This document shows, piece by piece, positions 51,200 to 58,803 of a DNA stretch of 64,000 nt. Source of the stretch: Nannocystis pusilla (GTDB lineage Bacteria > Myxococcota_A > Polyangia > Nannocystales > Nannocystaceae). The notes below the pieces were generated by a model. It was not told the DNA's origin and did not search any database. It worked only from the letters and a program-made list of their open reading frames with translations. Position numbers and translations under genes: made by a program. Location of the stretch: contig NZ_JAIRAU010000047.1 of assembly GCF_020073745.1 (NCBI RefSeq), positions 349,990-413,989 on the forward strand. The letters run 5' to 3'. Position 1 is the stretch's first letter, and each line of letters opens with the position of its first letter.

Positions 51200-53325
51200 C
51201 CCGCGCGCGCTCGTGGCTCCGCCGGGTCGGCCGCGCCCTCGGCCTCGGACTCGCCCTGTCGCTCGCGCTCCCGGCCGCGCCCGCGGCCGCGTGGGACGCC
51301 CGCGCCACCCACCTCGGCATGGTCGACCGCGCCCTGCTGGAGAGCGCGCTGCACCTGCGCTGGATGGCCCAGAGCGAGCTCCAGCGCGGCCTCTTCACCG
51401 CCCTGCGCGTCGACCCCAGGCGGCTCAGCGCGCCCGAGCGGCGCATGCTCACCGCCGCCCTGCAGCACGGCGGCCTCCAGGCGCTCGGCGGCCCCGGTTC
51501 CTGCCCCGGCCTCGGCGCCCCGATCGAGACCCAGAAGTACTGCGTCGAGGGCGACGTGTGGGAGCTGCCGGCGCTGCAGTGGCTGCAGGTCGGCGTGCTC
51601 GCCGAATTGGTCCCCTCGGCCCGCGCCGTCCACCACTTCGTCGACCGCGACGACCCGCTCGCGCCCGCCTTCGCCGATCCGCAGCAGCGCCCCGGCCTGG
51701 TGCGCCTGCGCCAGGTCCGCCACAACGGCGGCTCGGCCGCGGCCCTGGCCACACAGACAGGTTTCTCGGGACAGGGCCCTTCGGTCATCTCGTTCCTGCG
51801 CGACGACACCGACCCGCTGGCCCCGCCGAACATGTGGCGCCACCTCGAGCTCGCCTCGACCTTGCCCGAGGCGGACGCGCGGGCGCACCACCTCGCGCTG
51901 GCGCTGGTCGGCCTCGGCGCGCTGCTGCACGTCGTCCAGGACCTCGCCGTCCCCGCCCACGCGCGCGGCGACGTCAGCGGTTTCTTCAGCCCGCTGTCGC
52001 CGAGCCCCGGCGATCGCGGCCTGCCGTTTGCGGAACTGGCGCGTCTGGCGTTCGGTCGCAGCGCCCTGCCCGGCCGCCCCGCCCAGGACGAGGTCGCCCG
52101 CGCCCGCGGGATCCCCGTCGCCGGCTCGCTCGCCGAGCACCTGTTCGGCGGCGCCCCGGCCAGCAAGGATCCTGGCGCATTGGTCATGCCCGAAGGGACA
52201 GGTTACGAGGGCCTGGCGGTGTTCACCGCGCGCCGGTTCCTGTCCGAGGCCAGCGTCCCCGCGCCGCGCCACCTCGACGACGACCTCACGCCCGAGGCCG
52301 CCGCCGCCGAGCTGCTGCAGGCCAGCCGCCTCGACCCGGTCGAGCTCCAGGGCGCCCGCATGCACCCGTGGCCGGCCGCGCGCGGCTACATCCAGAGCGG
52401 CAGCGGCCGGCCGCTGGCCGCCTTCGACACCGACGACGACGGCCGCGTCCGCCCGTACATCGACGAGGCCGTCTACCGCGAGCAGTTCGTCCACCTGGCG
52501 CCCCGCGCGGTCGAGGTCACGCGCTCGCTGCTCGACTGGCTGTGGCCGACCTGGCCCGAGCTCACCTTCGACGCCACCGCCGGCAACCTCGACTTCGTGG
52601 TCCCGCCCGGCCTCGTCGACGCCGTCGTCCTCGTGCTGCGTCAGGACTCCGCCGGTGCGCGCACGATCGTCCGCAAGGTCACCCTCCGCCCCGGCGAGCG
52701 CAACCGCGTCGCCGGGATCCCCACCGGCCTCGGCGAGGGCGAGCGCGCCGTCGTCGTGCTCCGCGCCCGCCGACCCACCGGCGAGCCGCTCCTGCTCGAG
52801 CACGTGCTCGGCAGCGAGAGCAAGGTCTTCCCCGTCGTCCCCGCGCCCTACGTCGCGCCCGAGCCCGAGCTGGCCGAGCCCGAGCCCGAGCCCGAGCTCC
52901 AGCCAGAGCCCGAGCCGGAGCCCGAGCCGGAGCCCGAGCTGGCGCCGTCGACCAGTCCCAAGGGACAGCCCGCCAGGCCCCAGCAAGGCCAGCCCGTCGA
53001 GCCCGTCACAAGTCCCAAGGGACAGCCCGCCGCCAAGGGCGACGCGGCGTCCACCAGTCCCAAGGGACAGCAAGCCGCCAAGCCCCAGCAGGGCCAGCCC
53101 CCGGCCGGCACCACTCCCACGACCAGTCCCAAGGGACAGCCAGCCGCCAAGCCCCAGCAGGGCCAGCCCACGACCAGTCCCAAGGGACAGCCCGGCGATG
53201 CCACGCCCGCCCCTGGTCCCGACGGACAGCCCGCCGCCAAGCCCCAGCAGGGCCAGCCCCCTGCCGGCACGAACCCCGTCAGCAGTCCCAAGGGACCGCC
53301 CCCGAGCGGCAAGAACCGGGGCTGA
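51196..53325 (+). CDS. secreted protein, possible zinc-dependent phospholipase C / S1-P1 nuclease superfamily, with PE-repeat and SPKGQ-repeat tail
   Basis: GTG overlaps the upstream TGA (GTGA). Signal peptide ALGLGLALSLALPAAPAAA. The mature N-terminus WDARATHLGMVDRALL matches the W1…(S/T)HL..V.RA zinc-ligand start of that superfamily, and later His clusters (HHFVDRDD, HHLALALVG…HVVQD) fit it. Tail has (PE)n plus TSPKGQPAAKPQQGQP x5. The upstream part of the 1280-aa annotated ORF is an Arg-rich artefact. Confidence 0.5.
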   Translation: MTRARSWLRRVGRALGLGLALSLALPAAPAAAWDARATHLGMVDRALLESALHLRWMAQSELQRGLFTALRVDPRRLSAPERRMLTAALQHGGLQALGGPGSCPGLGAPIETQKYCVEGDVWELPALQWLQVGVLAELVPSARAVHHFVDRDDPLAPAFADPQQRPGLVRLRQVRHNGGSAAALATQTGFSGQGPSVISFLRDDTDPLAPPNMWRHLELASTLPEADARAHHLALALVGLGALLHVVQDLAVPAHARGDVSGFFSPLSPSPGDRGLPFAELARLAFGRSALPGRPAQDEVARARGIPVAGSLAEHLFGGAPASKDPGALVMPEGTGYEGLAVFTARRFLSEASVPAPRHLDDDLTPEAAAAELLQASRLDPVELQGARMHPWPAARGYIQSGSGRPLAAFDTDDDGRVRPYIDEAVYREQFVHLAPRAVEVTRSLLDWLWPTWPELTFDATAGNLDFVVPPGLVDAVVLVLRQDSAGARTIVRKVTLRPGERNRVAGIPTGLGEGERAVVVLRARRPTGEPLLLEHVLGSESKVFPVVPAPYVAPEPELAEPEPEPELQPEPEPEPEPEPELAPSTSPKGQPARPQQGQPVEPVTSPKGQPAAKGDAASTSPKGQQAAKPQQGQPPAGTTPTTSPKGQPAAKPQQGQPTTSPKGQPGDATPAPGPDGQPAAKPQQGQPPAGTNPVSSPKGPPPSGKNRG

Positions 53326-53578
53326 GCGGCGTCGTTCGCTCGTCCCGACGCCTCCGACCGCACGCCGGAGCTGAACGCCGACGCCCTCGCCGAGGCGACC
53401 TGCCCCCGAAGACAGCCTGTCCTCCTCGCCTCCTTGCTCTCGGACGCGCCGGCGGCTCGCCCTCCATATCTTCCGCCCCGCGCGACGCCCGGCCGACCTC
53501 GCGCTGGTGACAGCCGCCACCCCGCGCGGACCGTCCACATCAGCCCGCCCGCGGTCCGCGTCAGGCGTCCAGGCGGCT

Positions 53579-54901
53579 GTGCTACACCTCCACGCCGTGT
53601 CGACCGAGCGCGATGACGACGGCCTGATGTTGCCGCCCCTGGACGAGCGTCGCACCCTGCTCGACCAGCTCGTCGCGCTCGTCAAGGCGCGTGGTCCGGC
53701 GCCGCTGCTCGTCGCGCCGCTGCTCGAGCCCAGCCCGCGTTTCTTCCCCGATCGCTGGCAGGGCGGCGACGGCAGCCTGCGCCGGCTCGTGCGGCGCCTG
53801 CTCGGTTATGCCGGCCTCGGTCAGCTGCGCGTCGAGGTCGCCATCTACGACGCCGACCCGGCGCGACGCGGCGAGGTCCTCGGCAAGCCCAGCTCCACGC
53901 GCGGCCAGGACCTCGTCGTCTGGCTCGCCGGCATCGAGCGCGACCTCGTCAAGATCGGCGCCGAGGGTTCGGCCATGGTCGACCCGCACACCATCGTCGC
54001 CGCCGCCGCCCGCGTCGTCGCCCACGTCTACCGCCGGCACTTCGGCCTCGCCACCGGCGACGCCTTCGACCCGCGCATCGACCTCACCGGCGTCTACCTC
54101 GGCTTCGGTGTCCTCACGGCCGACGCCGCCCTGCGCTACACCGTCCGCACCGCCGCCGGCCCGATGCAGACCCGGCGCACCCCCGCGCGGCTCGGCGTCC
54201 TCTCGCCGCAGTCGCTGTGCTTTCTCCTGGCCGCGCAGCTGCACGCGCGCGCCCTCCCGCGGGCCGAGCGGCAGCGGATCGGCAAGCTCCTGCAGGCCAA
54301 CCAGGCCGCCTTCCTGCGCCACGCCTACGCCGCCCTCGACCGCGCCGAGCCGCCCGTCGCCCAGCAGCTCGGCGTCCCGCCGCAGGAGCAGTGGCCGCCC
54401 GCGCCCGACCTCGCCGCGCTCACCGTCCCGTTCACCGACGACCCCGATGCTGTCCTCGAGGCCAGGCGCGACGAGGACCCGGGCATCGCCGGCGTCAACG
54501 CCGGCAAGCCCGTCTTCCGCGTCGAGCGCAGCATGGCCGCGCGGCTCGGTCGCACCCTCGGCATGGGCGCGCTCATGCTCGGCGGCGTGGTCGCCGGCAT
54601 GAAGGGCGGCCTCCAGCTCGACGCCGGCACGATCCCCATGATCGCGCTCGGCCTCGGCGTCACCGGCCTCGTCCTCGGCCGCTTCCTCCGCGAGTCGCGC
54701 TGCTCCGAGCCGCGCTGCGGCGCCCCGCTGGCCCCCGGCGACCGCGTCTGCCCGCGCTGCCGCGGCGAGGTCGTCGGCGTCATCCGCCACCCGCGCGAGC
54801 GCCTGGCCGCCGAGGAGGCCTGGCGCCGCGCCCACCCCGAGGCCGGCGAGCCCGACCCCTCCGAGTCGACCCCGACCGTCGCCGCGCCACCTGTCTCTTG
54901 A
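53579..54901 (+). CDS. hypothetical protein with C-terminal TM helices and zinc-ribbon
   Basis: Protein-like composition throughout. TM segments (GMGALMLGGVVAGM…IPMIALGLGVTGLVLG) then CSEPRCG…CPRCRG. Start ambiguous (GTG 53579 or ATG about 53627). Confidence 0.5.
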   Translation: MLHLHAVSTERDDDGLMLPPLDERRTLLDQLVALVKARGPAPLLVAPLLEPSPRFFPDRWQGGDGSLRRLVRRLLGYAGLGQLRVEVAIYDADPARRGEVLGKPSSTRGQDLVVWLAGIERDLVKIGAEGSAMVDPHTIVAAAARVVAHVYRRHFGLATGDAFDPRIDLTGVYLGFGVLTADAALRYTVRTAAGPMQTRRTPARLGVLSPQSLCFLLAAQLHARALPRAERQRIGKLLQANQAAFLRHAYAALDRAEPPVAQQLGVPPQEQWPPAPDLAALTVPFTDDPDAVLEARRDEDPGIAGVNAGKPVFRVERSMAARLGRTLGMGALMLGGVVAGMKGGLQLDAGTIPMIALGLGVTGLVLGRFLRESRCSEPRCGAPLAPGDRVCPRCRGEVVGVIRHPRERLAAEEAWRRAHPEAGEPDPSESTPTVAAPPVS

Positions 54902-54906
54902 GACAG
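54891..54906. terminator. perfect palindrome CTGTCTC-TT-GAGACAG between convergent genes
   Basis: Overlaps the stop codon of the 53579-54901 gene and lies 20 nt from the stop of the HNH gene. Same arm sequence as the dispersed TGTCTC repeat family. Confidence 0.45.
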
Positions 54907-54926
54907 ATGAATGCGCAGCACAAGAC

Positions 54927-55748
54927 TCAGTCGACCGCACCGTGAGGTCGCGGCGCCCAGGCAAGCGCCTCCGGCGCCTGCACGAACAACCTGTGGAGCC
55001 CTGGGTGGTTTATCTGTTGGCGTCGGATCTCGTTCCACACCATGGGATGTCCCATCCGGCAGATGTCCTCAACGTCCGCGTCTAGATCGGCAAGCTCGTC
55101 TTCGTCGCGCATACGGATGTATCTCGCCAGCCGGGCAATATAGTTCCTGTGTTCTCGCATCCGAGCTCGCATCAAGCCGGGCCGATTCAGCCGCAGCACC
55201 TCGATCGTCTGTTCAGCTCTCTGTCTTTGTAGTGGGTCCAGTGATCGACGCGGCAAGATGAACCCCGTCGACAGATCCAGCATCAGCACCTCTGCGGGCT
55301 CATCCACCCTCGGATCGAGCAACAGGTCAACCCCCTGCGGTGGCTCGACGATCGGGTCTTTGGGTCCGCGTGCCACGTTGCGAACGACCCCGCCCACTAG
55401 CCGAGGAAAGTTATCGCGCTTGATTCCGTTGCAAGGACCGCACGCGTAAATGTAGTTGCGCCACGCGAACACCTCTTCAGGGAAGAGCGCCTTGGGCCGC
55501 ACGTGTTCGATCTCGTCGGCGCAGGAATCCTCGCAATACGCGCATCGCCGCTCGCCACAGCACATCGCGGCGAGCTGCCCTCTCACAGCGCGGAACACTG
55601 GATTGCCGGTCTTGTTTCGGGCCGAGAATTGCTCTCGCGCCTGCGCCACCCGCTCCTGGTACGTGGGCAACGCTGTAATCGCTTGCTGCCAGGCCGCGAG
55701 CTGGTTCGAGGCTACCTCCGGAAGTTCGAGCGCGACCAGCCGGATCAC
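54927..55748 (-). CDS. HNH-family nuclease (TIGR02646-like), candidate Septu PtuB-like effector
   Basis: CAYCEDSCADEIEHVRPKALFPEEVFAWRNYIYACGPCNGIKRD: Cys pairs flanking an HNH-type His. Region GC is markedly lower than its flanks. Begins 3 nt after the ATPase gene stop. Confidence 0.7.
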   Translation of the reverse strand: MIRLVALELPEVASNQLAAWQQAITALPTYQERVAQAREQFSARNKTGNPVFRAVRGQLAAMCCGERRCAYCEDSCADEIEHVRPKALFPEEVFAWRNYIYACGPCNGIKRDNFPRLVGGVVRNVARGPKDPIVEPPQGVDLLLDPRVDEPAEVLMLDLSTGFILPRRSLDPLQRQRAEQTIEVLRLNRPGLMRARMREHRNYIARLARYIRMRDEDELADLDADVEDICRMGHPMVWNEIRRQQINHPGLHRLFVQAPEALAWAPRPHGAVD

Positions 55749-55751
55749 AGC

Positions 55752-57077
55752 TCAACCTTCCTCTTCAGTCAGATCATCCTGATGTACCGGTAGTGTCCGG
55801 CGCAGTGCGGCACGTTCCTTCTCTTCATCGGCGTCCAGCCCTTCGTCCAGCCGCTTGACGTTGAGCTCGGCGAGGCGCCGCAGCTTCGCCTCGCCTTCTT
55901 CCGAGCGAGTCTCCAAGACCCCGAAACTCTCGGTCTCATAGGCGTCGAGGATGTCGCCATACAGCAGCCGATTCAGCTCGTCGCCGATGACCATGCGGCC
56001 CTCCTCGTCGCTCCCCGGCCGCGGCAGCCTGTACACTGACCCCTTGACCGCCGCCTGGCACACCAGGGGACTGTGTGTCGTCACCAGGAACTGCATGTTC
56101 GGGAACGACTCGACGAACCACTTGCCGACGCGTACCTGCCACGACGGGTGCAGATGGGCATCGATCTCGTCGATCAGCACGACTCCGGGGGCGATGATCT
56201 TCGTCGGGTCATGCGGCGCAAAGATGATGTCCGGGTCGTACGCAATCGAGAGCTGACGGATGAGCTCGAACGTCAGACTGAGGATCGATCGGTAGCCGTC
56301 GCTGAGCTCGCCGACTTCGATCTCATGACCATTGCCGTCCTTGAACGTCACACGCTTCTGGCTAACATCCACCAGTTGAGCCCCGTGGGGCAAGAAACCC
56401 TTCTGATTTACGAAGGCGATGAGGCGTTGCAGTAGACGACCGCTCGGTCCACCATCGCGCTGTCCAGCCCGTTCAGCTTCAAGCTGGGCAAACCGAAGTC
56501 CCTGCATCCACGCCAAACACTCAGACAGGGCGATGTCCTCACCGAAGACCGTCAGGTGGCGAGCTAGCCTTGGGTGCGAATAGTACAGTTTCTCGGCTTC
56601 CTTGTCTCCCCCCCGGAGGCGCCTGAACGGCCCGTACGAGGCCGAGAACCATCCCGAACCGCTCCCCCAAACATTCGCAACCGGCGTGTGCTTCTTGTAC
56701 TTCGTCGTTCCGAACCCATCCAGTTCGACCAAGCCACTCTCCAAACGCTCCAGCGTCAGTACGATCCAAGGGTAGGTCTGGCCTGGGCGCGGACCTCGAC
56801 CAACAAGAGGATCCCATCGCTCGCCGTCATCGCTGTAGATTAGCGTGCAGGTTCCGTCATTCTTACCGGAGCTAAGCCAGTCGCGCCAGTCTTGGCGCAG
56901 AGCAGCAGCGTCCTTTGGTCCGACCAACGCAAGCGCGATGGTCCGAAGCAGCGTGCTCTTTCCTGCACCATTCGGCCCCAGAAACACATGCCACCCCTGA
57001 CGCACTCCGGGCTCAACTCTCCACTTCAGCGCTCCGATGACGCGGATGTTCGAGATCTCGAAGCTGACGAGGTGCAT
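55752..57077 (-). CDS. AAA/ABC-type ATPase (AAA_21-like), candidate Septu PtuA-like
   Basis: Walker [14 protein letters not shown], signature-like LSDGYRS, Walker B VVLIDEIDAHLHP, H-loop VTTHSP, and an acidic coiled-coil C-terminus. No TOPRIM or other fused nuclease domain. Low-GC segment. Confidence 0.75.
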   Translation of the reverse strand: MHLVSFEISNIRVIGALKWRVEPGVRQGWHVFLGPNGAGKSTLLRTIALALVGPKDAAALRQDWRDWLSSGKNDGTCTLIYSDDGERWDPLVGRGPRPGQTYPWIVLTLERLESGLVELDGFGTTKYKKHTPVANVWGSGSGWFSASYGPFRRLRGGDKEAEKLYYSHPRLARHLTVFGEDIALSECLAWMQGLRFAQLEAERAGQRDGGPSGRLLQRLIAFVNQKGFLPHGAQLVDVSQKRVTFKDGNGHEIEVGELSDGYRSILSLTFELIRQLSIAYDPDIIFAPHDPTKIIAPGVVLIDEIDAHLHPSWQVRVGKWFVESFPNMQFLVTTHSPLVCQAAVKGSVYRLPRPGSDEEGRMVIGDELNRLLYGDILDAYETESFGVLETRSEEGEAKLRRLAELNVKRLDEGLDADEEKERAALRRTLPVHQDDLTEEEG

Positions 57078-57112
57078 GATGGCGAGACCCTAGCACGGCG
57101 CTCGCGGCGCCC

Positions 57113-58210
57113 TCAACTTCGCTGGCGCACCACCCACCGCACCACCCGCCGCGCCTCCTCGGGCCTGAGGAACGCCAGGTAGCTGGCCAGCGTCAGCGGC
57201 GTGAACCACTCGACGTACATCATCAGCTGGATGCCGACGTGCATCGCCACGCCGAAGCCGAGGAACAGCCAGCGGAGGTCGGGGATCCGGCGCCAGCGCT
57301 GGCGCAGCCAGTGGGCCGCGACGAACCCGGAGAACGCCACCTCCCACACCAGCACCAGCCACGTGATCGGCCGCAGCACGAACGGCTGCAGCGACGCCAG
57401 CGCGCGCGTCAGGTCGAAGTGGCGGTTGTAGGGGCTGACCAGCGAGAAGTAGATCGCCGTGCCATCGGACTTCCAGGTCGCCCCGTGCTTGGCCAGCCCG
57501 GTCGTCGTGTACAGCACCGCCAGCTGCAGCTGCACGATCCGGCGGCACCACACCGGCACCGGCCCGCCCTTGCCGCGCCAGCGCGCGTCGAGGCTGAGCC
57601 CGCGGCCGCTCGGCATCAGCGCCAGCCACACGATCATCGCCGTGTGCAGCTGGTCGGGCATCGCGTAGAGCAGCGGGTTGCGGCCGACCAGGCTGACCCA
57701 CACCAGCGCGCTCACCAGCGCCGCCGGCCGCGTGAACAGCCCGACCAGCCACAGCACGTGCGCCACCACCCCGGCGGCGAAGATCGCCTGCACCGCCAGC
57801 GGGTCGTCGATCGAGAAGAACAGCGACCAGCGCGACGGGAACGCCTGGCGGGCGAATTCCCCGCTCAGCGGCGCCGCGCTCGAGAAGTACTCCGCCACCG
57901 CCCCGACGTGCGACAGCAGGCTGGCGGTGAACACCGCGACCAGCCCGATCCGCAGCAGCCCCAGCGCCGTCGGGTCCTCCTCCCCGGTCAGCAGCGCGTC
58001 GCGCAGGCGGGCCAGGCGTCCGTGGCTGTCCTTCACGCCCTGTCCGTTCGGACCTGTCGCTTCGACCAGCTCGTGATCATCCGCCGCCCCCGTCGTCCGG
58101 ACCTGTCCGTTCAGACCTGTCGCTTCGACCACGTCACGTTCACCCGCCCCGCGGGCTCGCGCGTCCGCCGGCCGGCTGTCCTCCGCGCCCTGTCCCTCGG
58201 ATCCTGTCAC
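57113..58210 (-). CDS. HTTM-domain (vitamin-K-carboxylase-like) polytopic membrane protein
   Basis: LGLLRIGLVAVFTASLL…, multiple TM helices, and a conserved HTTM core (…VWVSLVGRNPLLYAMPDQLHTAMIVWLALMP…). GTG start abuts the upstream gene stop. The first ~60 codons are encoded by tandem CCTGTC repeat DNA and may be non-coding. Confidence 0.65.
   Translation of the reverse strand: MTGSEGQGAEDSRPADARARGAGERDVVEATGLNGQVRTTGAADDHELVEATGPNGQGVKDSHGRLARLRDALLTGEEDPTALGLLRIGLVAVFTASLLSHVGAVAEYFSSAAPLSGEFARQAFPSRWSLFFSIDDPLAVQAIFAAGVVAHVLWLVGLFTRPAALVSALVWVSLVGRNPLLYAMPDQLHTAMIVWLALMPSGRGLSLDARWRGKGGPVPVWCRRIVQLQLAVLYTTTGLAKHGATWKSDGTAIYFSLVSPYNRHFDLTRALASLQPFVLRPITWLVLVWEVAFSGFVAAHWLRQRWRRIPDLRWLFLGFGVAMHVGIQLMMYVEWFTPLTLASYLAFLRPEEARRVVRWVVRQRS
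58030..58200. repeat. tandem CCTGTCCGTTCRGACCTGTCGCTTCGACC repeats (2 x ~60 bp plus degenerate copies)
   Basis: Seven CCTGTC cores in about 190 bp. Shares the TCGACC and GTCC-TTC-GGAC features of the arrays at 1730-1912 and 4636-4700. Confidence 0.55.
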
Positions 58211-58211
58211 A

Positions 58212-58799
58212 TCAACCTTGTCGAGCCAGCGCCGCGGCCACCATGTCGCGGACCGGCCAGCTCTTGCAGTCGACGGTGGCCAGCGGCTTGCGTTCGACCT
58301 GGCCGAGCCCGGGCTTGCCGGCGCGCACCTTGTCCGGCGGCGTGAAGCGGCGCCGCACCCGTTCGGCGACGATCTTGCGCGGCGGCTCCGGGCGGGCCAG
58401 CGCCTCGCGCACGCACACCGAGCGCAGGTACCACAGCCGGTTGTTGTTGGGCTTGTCGGGGTTCAGCACCGCGTAGAAGCGCCAGATGTCGTTGCGCGTC
58501 TTGTCCCACGCCCACGTCGTGTCCCAGCCGCTCCTGGCCTGCTCGGCCTCGGCCAGCGCCTCGCGGCGGCCGTCCGCGAACTCGGCGTAGACCGCGATGT
58601 ACGTGTGCGCGCGCGTCGGATCGGGCGCGTACATGTTCCACGTCTGGATCACGCTGATCTTCTTCAACCACTGCGCCAGCTTCGACGGCGCCCCCGCCAG
58701 CGCCGCGTTCGGCAGCACCGGCCCGACGATCAGCAGCACCAGCGCCAGCGGCAGCAGCGTGTTGTAGGCCGTCGACAACCTGTCCCAAAGACCAGCCAT
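58212..58799 (-). CDS. hypothetical membrane-anchored protein (HTTM-associated)
   Basis: 195 aa with an N-terminal TM helix (LLPLALVLLIVGPVL). Protein-like composition. Coupled to the downstream HTTM gene. Confidence 0.5.
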   Translation of the reverse strand: MAGLWDRLSTAYNTLLPLALVLLIVGPVLPNAALAGAPSKLAQWLKKISVIQTWNMYAPDPTRAHTYIAVYAEFADGRREALAEAEQARSGWDTTWAWDKTRNDIWRFYAVLNPDKPNNNRLWYLRSVCVREALARPEPPRKIVAERVRRRFTPPDKVRAGKPGLGQVERKPLATVDCKSWPVRDMVAAALARQG

Positions 58800-58803
58800 G
58801 GGC

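Noticed and set aside
51115-53685. 856-aa minus-strand ORF
   Set aside because: Antisense to the secreted-protein pair. Gly/Arg/Leu low complexity.
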